DNA of 64,000 nucleotides from Candidatus Dormiibacterota bacterium. Lineage in GTDB: Bacteria > Chloroflexota > Dormibacteria > Aeolococcales > Aeolococcaceae. The notes beneath the pieces were generated by a model that saw only the letters and a list, made by a program, of their open reading frames with translations, was not told the origin of the DNA and searched no databases. The DNA lies in contig JBAPWO010000071.1 of the NCBI GenBank assembly GCA_049283735.1, positions 19,221 to 83,220 on the forward strand, in the 5' to 3' direction. Shown piece by piece: positions 58,277 to 64,000 of this stretch. Position 1 is the stretch's first letter, and each line of letters opens with the position of its first letter. Made by a program: the position numbers and the translations under genes.

Positions 58277-61200
58277 TCAGGGATGGCTCGGAATGTCCTG
58301 GTCAGCGTGCAGCACCGGGGCGAAGAGATCGCCCGTCTCGGCCACGCGCGCGGCGATGGTCGCGATGTTCCAGCGATCGGGCCGCAGGTCGGGATCGTCG
58401 AGCTCCGTCCATTCGATGGGGGTCGATACCGGGGCACCCGGCGCGGGTCGGAGCGAGTAGGGAGCCGCAAGTGTCTTGTTGATGATGTTCTGGGTGTAGT
58501 CGATCCGGATCCGGCCCGTCCGCTTCGCCACCGCCCATTCCCAGCTCACGCGCCCCGGCGCAGCCTGGTCGATGGCTCTGCCGACCTCCTCCACCCAATG
58601 GCGCACGGCCGCGTAGTCCGGGCCGCGACGAACCGGCACGTAGATCTGCAGCCCGGTCTGCCCGCTGGTCTTGATCACCCCGTGCATGCCGTAGTGATCC
58701 AGGGCCGCCTTGACGAGCTTGGCAATGTTGACGACGTCCTGGAACGTCGCCGGTTCGAACGGATCGAGGTCGAACACCGCCCAGTCGGGCTCATTGGGCG
58801 CGTCGATCCGCGAATGCCACGGGTGCAGATCGATGACCCCCGCGTTGGCCACCCATGCCAGGGTCGCGACCTCGTTGACGACGATGTACGTCTTGGTCTT
58901 CTCGCCGTGATACGTCCAGGACTCGATCCACGCCGGGGCGTGGGCCGGTTTATCCTTGCGCCAGAAGGACTTTCCATCGATGCCGTCGGGAAACACCTGC
59001 ATCGACAAGGGACGGTCGCGCAGGTACGGCAACATGTACCGCGCCATCCGGACGTAGTACTCGATCATGTCGCGCTTGGTGATGCCGTCGGCGGGCCACA
59101 GCACCTTATCGAGATTCGTGAGGGGAAGTCTGCGTCCTGCTATTTCCCAGTGGGCGTTGCCGTGTAGCGTCCGTAGTGCCGCTAGTGCCGCGTGATCCTC
59201 CGGGTCCTGTCGCGGTGGGGGCCCCTCGCCACCTGCGGGTCGGGTCTCCTGTGGCGAGTCGGCTTTTCTGGTGGGTGACGCATCCTTGGAGCCTGGCCCT
59301 CCGGTGGCGCTGCCCCCCACCGCGCCACCCGGAGGTCGCTGTGCCATAGCGGGCGTCTGCGCGCCCTGTGCTCTGCTCCTCGTGCGAGGGGTGGCCGCAG
59401 CCCCATCCCTTGGTGGCCGGCGCGTTTTGGCCGGCGCTGCGTTGGACGGTCCGGTGCTCGGTCGTGGGCGGGCTGACTTCTTGTCCTGGGTACCGGCTTC
59501 CCTTGCTGAGTTCTCGCTGGGCGTTGCATGGGCTATGGGCGGGGCATTCCTGGCCGGGATGGCGGCGCGGGAAGGGGTCGGGCCGTCTGCGGGCTCGGTC
59601 TTTAGAATCGTTTCGCGGGTGCAGTCTTCGGGGCGTTGGTCGGGGCGGAGGGTGCGGAAGGCGGGGTGGCGGAGGATGCCGTCGCGCGTCCAGCCGGCGA
59701 AGCGGACTTCGCAGACGAGCTCTGGTCTGACCCAGTTCGCGGGTTCCGAGGTTTTTGGGGTGACGTCGAGCGGGCAGGTCTTCACCTCCAGGGGGCGGAG
59801 ACGGTCCCTGAGGTCGCGCAGGGTCTTGTCGTCGAACCCGGTGCCGACCTGCCCGCAGTGGACGAGGCGGGTGCCGTCGAGCACGGCGAGGATGAGCGCG
59901 CCGAGCTGGCTGGTCCGGCGCCCGCGGCCGGCCGTGTAGCCGGCGATGACGCACGACTGGCTGAGCCAGGACTTGATCTTCACCCAGTCGGGCGTGCGCA
60001 CTCCGGGGCGGTAGAGAGAATCGGCTCGCTTCCCGACGATGCCTTCGATGCCGGACTCGCGCGCGATCTCGAAGAGCGATGCGCCGTCTCGCTCGACGTG
60101 CTCGGCAAAGAGGATGTACGGCGAGTCGACGATGGTCTCGCGCAGCGTCTTCTTGCGAATGCGCAGCTCGGTGCTGAGCAGGTCGCGGCCCTCGAGCTCG
60201 AGCAGGTCGACTGCGATGAACGTCACCGGGTGTTCGGCGGCGACCCGGCGCACATCCGCATCGCGCACCACGTTGATTCGCTGCTGCATGCGCTCGAACG
60301 ACGGCCGGCCGTCGGCGTCGAGGACCACGAGCTCGCCGTCGACGATTGCCTGGCGGGCGCGGATGCCTGCCCGTATCGCCGAGGCCTCCGGGTAGTGCCT
60401 GGTCTCGTCACCGCCACGCCTGCCGGTGAGGCGCACGAGGTCCCCGGCGACGCTGACCATCGCGCGGATGCCGTCGTACTTCAGCTCGAACAGCCAGCCA
60501 TCCCTTGAAAACGCGTGATCCATGGGCGTCGCGAGCATGGGTGGCGGCGCCTCGGCGAGGGCCGGGGCAGCGACCGTCGGAGTAGCCGCCGTGGTCGTGG
60601 CAGCCCCCGTCGTGGCGACGGCTGGGGCGTTTCGAGCATGAGCGGCGCGGCGCATCTCCCGGGGGTCGCCGCCGCCCTCACTGGCAATCTGCGCCAGGCT
60701 TCTGCCGGTTTTGACTGAAACGTCCAGGTCAATGGCCTCGAACCCTTCCACCACCGAGGCGTCGCGCTTCTTGATCATCAGCCAGTTCTTGTCACCGTCG
60801 CTGCTGCCGCCGTATCGGCGGCCGCGCTCACCGATATGAACGAGCGCGAACTCGCCCGAGAGCTTGGTGCCCTGGAGGAGGAATTTGACGTCACCTTTCA
60901 GCCGGGAACGCTCGAAATTCTCTGCGGACTCCTTCACCCACTCGAAGGTGCCGATGTCCCAGAGCATCACCGTCCCGGCGCCGTACCCAGACGGGATGAC
61001 GCCCTCGAACTCACCGTAATCGATCGGATGGTCCTCGGTCTGCACTGCGAGGCGCTTCTTGGCCGGGTCCAGGCTCGGGCCCCTTGGAATCGCCCACGAC
61101 AGCAGCACCCCGTCGTGCTCCAGCCGGAAGTCGAAATGCATGCGTGTGGCTCGATGTTTCTGGACGCAGAACCGCTTCCCGTGGGGCAGCTGCTCCCAGG

Positions 61201-61303
61201 TCGAGCGCTCCGCCTCGGCACGCGGAGTCGGGTCGCCGCTGGGCTCCGGCGTCTGATTGAAATCACGCTTGCGGCGGTACTCTTCAAGGGTGGGTATTGG
61301 CAT
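58277..61303 (-). CDS. ligD: multidomain DNA ligase D (phosphoesterase, ligase, polymerase/primase)
   Basis: 1008 aa. N-terminal PE domain (RFCVQKHRATRMHFDFRLE), central ligase (WLFELKYDGIRAM, adenylation lysine), C-terminal LigD polymerase (KRDMIEYYVRMARYMLPYLRDRPLSMQVFPDG). Confidence 0.9.
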   Translation of the reverse strand: MPIPTLEEYRRKRDFNQTPEPSGDPTPRAEAERSTWEQLPHGKRFCVQKHRATRMHFDFRLEHDGVLLSWAIPRGPSLDPAKKRLAVQTEDHPIDYGEFEGVIPSGYGAGTVMLWDIGTFEWVKESAENFERSRLKGDVKFLLQGTKLSGEFALVHIGERGRRYGGSSDGDKNWLMIKKRDASVVEGFEAIDLDVSVKTGRSLAQIASEGGGDPREMRRAAHARNAPAVATTGAATTTAATPTVAAPALAEAPPPMLATPMDHAFSRDGWLFELKYDGIRAMVSVAGDLVRLTGRRGGDETRHYPEASAIRAGIRARQAIVDGELVVLDADGRPSFERMQQRINVVRDADVRRVAAEHPVTFIAVDLLELEGRDLLSTELRIRKKTLRETIVDSPYILFAEHVERDGASLFEIARESGIEGIVGKRADSLYRPGVRTPDWVKIKSWLSQSCVIAGYTAGRGRRTSQLGALILAVLDGTRLVHCGQVGTGFDDKTLRDLRDRLRPLEVKTCPLDVTPKTSEPANWVRPELVCEVRFAGWTRDGILRHPAFRTLRPDQRPEDCTRETILKTEPADGPTPSRAAIPARNAPPIAHATPSENSAREAGTQDKKSARPRPSTGPSNAAPAKTRRPPRDGAAATPRTRSRAQGAQTPAMAQRPPGGAVGGSATGGPGSKDASPTRKADSPQETRPAGGEGPPPRQDPEDHAALAALRTLHGNAHWEIAGRRLPLTNLDKVLWPADGITKRDMIEYYVRMARYMLPYLRDRPLSMQVFPDGIDGKSFWRKDKPAHAPAWIESWTYHGEKTKTYIVVNEVATLAWVANAGVIDLHPWHSRIDAPNEPDWAVFDLDPFEPATFQDVVNIAKLVKAALDHYGMHGVIKTSGQTGLQIYVPVRRGPDYAAVRHWVEEVGRAIDQAAPGRVSWEWAVAKRTGRIRIDYTQNIINKTLAAPYSLRPAPGAPVSTPIEWTELDDPDLRPDRWNIATIAARVAETGDLFAPVLHADQDIPSHP

Positions 61304-61564
61304 GATTAACGACCCTCTCGACGAGGACGGCGTGGGGCGGAACGGACAGCGTCCTTCACGCTTCTGATGCTAGTGCAGCGCACTGCGCGAAACGAGCGAA
61401 ATGATGCGCTGGGCTGGTAGAATAGACGTACGTGGAACGGCCGATTTGAGCGGTCCCCGCTGGAACAGTCGAGCGGTTTCACCATTGGCCCCCTCTCCCA
61501 CACTCACGTCACAACCGGAGCAGCACAGATAACCGACACCGCACGCCCCGAACGCCCCGATGAG

Positions 61565-63556
61565 GTGGCGATCGAGCCAGAGACGAGCCCAACGACCAGC
61601 GTTGGAAACGGCAATCCGGATCCGCGCCCCGCAGGCGCCGGCCGGGTCGGCAAGGACACGTACTCGGCCGACCAGATCCAGATCCTGGAGGGTCTCGAGC
61701 CGGTTCGCCGCCGCCCCGGGATGTACATCGGGTCCACGGATCTCCGTGGTCTGCACCACCTCGTGGTCGAGCTCGTCGACAACAGCATCGACGAGGCCCT
61801 CGCCGGTTGGTGCGACACCATCAGGGTCGTCCTCCACGCGGACAAATCCGTGTCGGTTCTGGACAATGGTCGCGGCATCCCGGTGGGGATGCACCCGACC
61901 GCCAGGAAGTCCGCGCTCGAGGTTGTGCTGACCACCCTCCACGCGGGTGGAAAGTTCGGCGGAGGAGGCTACAAGGTCTCCGGCGGACTCCACGGTGTCG
62001 GCCTCTCGGTCGTCAATGCACTCAGTGAGCGTCTGCTGGTCGAGGTGTACCTCGATGGCGAGACGCATCGCCAGGAGTACACCCGAGGCGTGCCCGACGG
62101 CCCCGTGGCCGTGGTCGGCAAGACCGATCGCCGCGGCACCTTCGTGCGCTTCTGGCCCGACCCCGAGATCTTCCCGGAGATCGATTTCTCGTGGGACACG
62201 GTCTGTGATTCGCTGCGCAGCTACGCGTTCCTCAACAAGGGCATCACCATCCAGCTGGGCGACGAACGCGACGACCGTGCGTACACATTCCATTTCGAGG
62301 GCGGCATCCAGTCGTTCGTCAGGTATCTCAACGCCAACCGCAACGTGATCAACCAGAAGCCGATGTACGTGGAGCGGGAGATCGATGGCAATGTCGTCGA
62401 GATCGCGCTCCAGTATCAGAACACGGTGTTCACCGAGCACGTCCTCGCGTTCGCCAACAACGTCCACACCGAGGAAGGTGGCGCGCACGTCACCGGGTTC
62501 CGCAGTGCGTTGACCGCGACGCTCAACAAGTACGCGCGCAAGGCCGCCATCCTCAAGGAGCAGGACCCCAACCTCAGTGGTGACGACGTGCGCGACGGAT
62601 TGACTGCGGTGATCAGCGTGAAGCTGCGCGAGCCCCAGTTCGAGGGTCAGACCAAGACCAAGCTGGGAAACAGTGAAGTCGCGGGCCAGGTCTCGACGGT
62701 GCTGAGCGAGGCCCTCATGCAATACCTCGAGGAGAATCCGACCGACGGCCGCAAGATCATCGACCAGTCGCTGACGGCTGCGCGAGCGCGCCAGGCGGCC
62801 GCCAAGGCGCGCGACCTCGTCCAGCGCAAGTCGCTCCTCGAGTCGGCAACGCTGCCGGGGAAGCTCGTGGACTGCAGTGAGCGTGACCCGGCGCACTGCG
62901 AGATCTTCATCGTTGAGGGATTGTCCGCCGGCGGCACCGCCAAGGAGGCGCGCGAGCGCCGCAACCAGGCGATCCTTCCGCTGCGCGGCAAGATCCTCAA
63001 TGTCGAGAAGGCGCGAGCCGACAAGATCCTGGGCAACGAACAGATCAAGGACCTGATCATGGCGCTCGGCGGTGGATTCGGCGAGACCTTCAGCGTCGAC
63101 AAGCTGCGTTATCACCGCATCGTGCTCATGGCTGACGCCGATGTCGACGGCTCGCACATCCGCACCCTGTTGCTCACGTTCTTCTGGCGTCACCTGCGTC
63201 CGCTGGTCGACGGTGGGTTCCTCTACCTCGCCCAGCCACCGCTGTACAAGCTCGAGAAGGGCAAGGGTCGAAACCGGCAGACCGAGTACGCCTTCAGCGA
63301 CGACCAGCGTGACGACAAGGTCAAATCCATGGGACGCGATACCGAGGTGTCCCGCTACAAGGGACTCGGCGAGATGATGTCCGAGGAGCTGTGGGCAACC
63401 ACCATGGATCCGGATCGCAGGGTCCTGCTCCAGGTCGGCGTTGCGGATGCGCTCAAGGCCGATGACATCTTCGACCGCCTGATGGGGTCGGACGTCGAAC
63501 CTCGCAAGCGTTTCATCCAGACCCACGCCACGAGCGTGCGCAACCTCGATATCTGA
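61565..63556 (+). CDS. gyrB: DNA topoisomerase (ATP-hydrolysing) subunit B, GyrB/ParE family
   Basis: 663 aa. GHKL ATPase (LHHLVVELVDNSIDEALAG, GLHGVGLSVVNALS), Toprim (EIFIVEGLSAGG), C-terminal tail. No gyrA follows in the window. Confidence 0.9.
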   Translation: MAIEPETSPTTSVGNGNPDPRPAGAGRVGKDTYSADQIQILEGLEPVRRRPGMYIGSTDLRGLHHLVVELVDNSIDEALAGWCDTIRVVLHADKSVSVLDNGRGIPVGMHPTARKSALEVVLTTLHAGGKFGGGGYKVSGGLHGVGLSVVNALSERLLVEVYLDGETHRQEYTRGVPDGPVAVVGKTDRRGTFVRFWPDPEIFPEIDFSWDTVCDSLRSYAFLNKGITIQLGDERDDRAYTFHFEGGIQSFVRYLNANRNVINQKPMYVEREIDGNVVEIALQYQNTVFTEHVLAFANNVHTEEGGAHVTGFRSALTATLNKYARKAAILKEQDPNLSGDDVRDGLTAVISVKLREPQFEGQTKTKLGNSEVAGQVSTVLSEALMQYLEENPTDGRKIIDQSLTAARARQAAAKARDLVQRKSLLESATLPGKLVDCSERDPAHCEIFIVEGLSAGGTAKEARERRNQAILPLRGKILNVEKARADKILGNEQIKDLIMALGGGFGETFSVDKLRYHRIVLMADADVDGSHIRTLLLTFFWRHLRPLVDGGFLYLAQPPLYKLEKGKGRNRQTEYAFSDDQRDDKVKSMGRDTEVSRYKGLGEMMSEELWATTMDPDRRVLLQVGVADALKADDIFDRLMGSDVEPRKRFIQTHATSVRNLDI

Positions 63557-64000
63557 TGCCGCTTCCGATCGCGGTCGACGCGATGGGCGGCGACCATGCC
63601 CCAACCGAGATCGTCCGCGGCGCGCTCCGCGCCGTCAACGAGCACGGCATCCTAGTGACCCTGGTCGGCCGGCGCGAAGTGGTCGAACACGAGCTTCGCG
63701 CATCGGGGGCCTCCACTCCGGGTGGGATCGACATCGTCGACGCGCGCGACGTCATCGAGATGAACGAGCACCCGGCGAACGCGGTGCGTGCGAAGCGCGA
63801 CTCATCCCTGGTGAGCAGCTGCGCCCTGGTCGCCGGCGGCCGGGCGGGTGCGGTCGTCAGTGCGGGCAACAGCGGGGCGATGCTCGCCGCCGCGCTCTTC
63901 ACCATCAGGCGGATTCCCGGGATTGCCCGGCCCGCGATCGGCGCCTCCTTCCCCAGCGAGGCCGGGCAGACCTTCATCCTGGATGTTGGTGCCAACACCG
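63556..64000 (+). CDS. plsX: phosphate acyltransferase PlsX (5' partial, runs off the window)
   Basis: MPLPIAVDAMGGDHAPTEIVRGAL..., the canonical PlsX N-terminus. Start overlaps the gyrB stop (TGATG). Confidence 0.8.
   Translation, partial: MPLPIAVDAMGGDHAPTEIVRGALRAVNEHGILVTLVGRREVVEHELRASGASTPGGIDIVDARDVIEMNEHPANAVRAKRDSSLVSSCALVAGGRAGAVVSAGNSGAMLAAALFTIRRIPGIARPAIGASFPSEAGQTFILDVGANT

Noticed and set aside
61370-63604. 744-aa minus-strand ORF
   Set aside because: Exactly antisense to the GyrB/ParE gene, whose product has canonical GHKL and Toprim motifs. A high-GC open-frame artefact.

Overview
High-GC (about 70%) chromosomal segment, probably actinobacterial, densely packed with genes on both strands. 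I found no rRNA, tRNA, CRISPR array or transposase.

Housekeeping and metabolic genes I can support: groEL with a CIRCE-like element upstream; ilvE; pckA (ATP-type); queG; apbE; a YceI-family protein; ccr; the large subunit of a methylmalonyl-CoA-mutase-family enzyme; a GyrB/ParE-family topoisomerase subunit; and a partial plsX at the window end.

Three themes stand out. First, cyclic-nucleotide signalling: a Crp/Fnr regulator next to a GAF protein, an S8 peptidase and two tandem cNMP-binding paralogues; further on, a REC-LuxR-cyclase fusion regulator with two tandem paralogous histidine kinases and its own cNMP-binding partner; and a GAF-GGDEF-EAL protein. Second, a doubled non-homologous end-joining (NHEJ) locus: Ku with a stand-alone ligase, then an HNH endonuclease, then a multidomain LigD. 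Third, a redox-linked two-component operon: OmpR-type regulator, kinase, His-rich membrane protein, NuoF-like flavoprotein and a 3Fe-4S ferredoxin.

The best candidate for an undescribed system is a small island at about 13.9-18.3 kb. It begins with the decayed C-terminal TPR remnant of a large regulator that contains an in-frame amber stop. The remnant is followed by an orphan nucleotidyltransferase-like ORF and then a three-gene minus-strand operon. That operon encodes a two-transmembrane protein with a small C-terminal soluble domain (8-nt overlap with the next gene), an 808-aa Rad50/SbcC-like ABC ATPase, and a small unknown protein. The ATPase carries a CPVCG zinc hook in its coiled coil and a C-terminal HEPN-like R...NxxxH tail, which is the architecture of the RloC/PrrC anticodon nucleases.

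Other regulatory observations: an atypical CIRCE (perfect 11-bp arms, 32-nt spacer), a candidate ydaO (c-di-AMP) riboswitch before a LysM-SLT lytic transglycosylase, a 13-nt motif shared by two promoter regions, and a 19-nt palindrome in the promoter region of the cyclase regulator.
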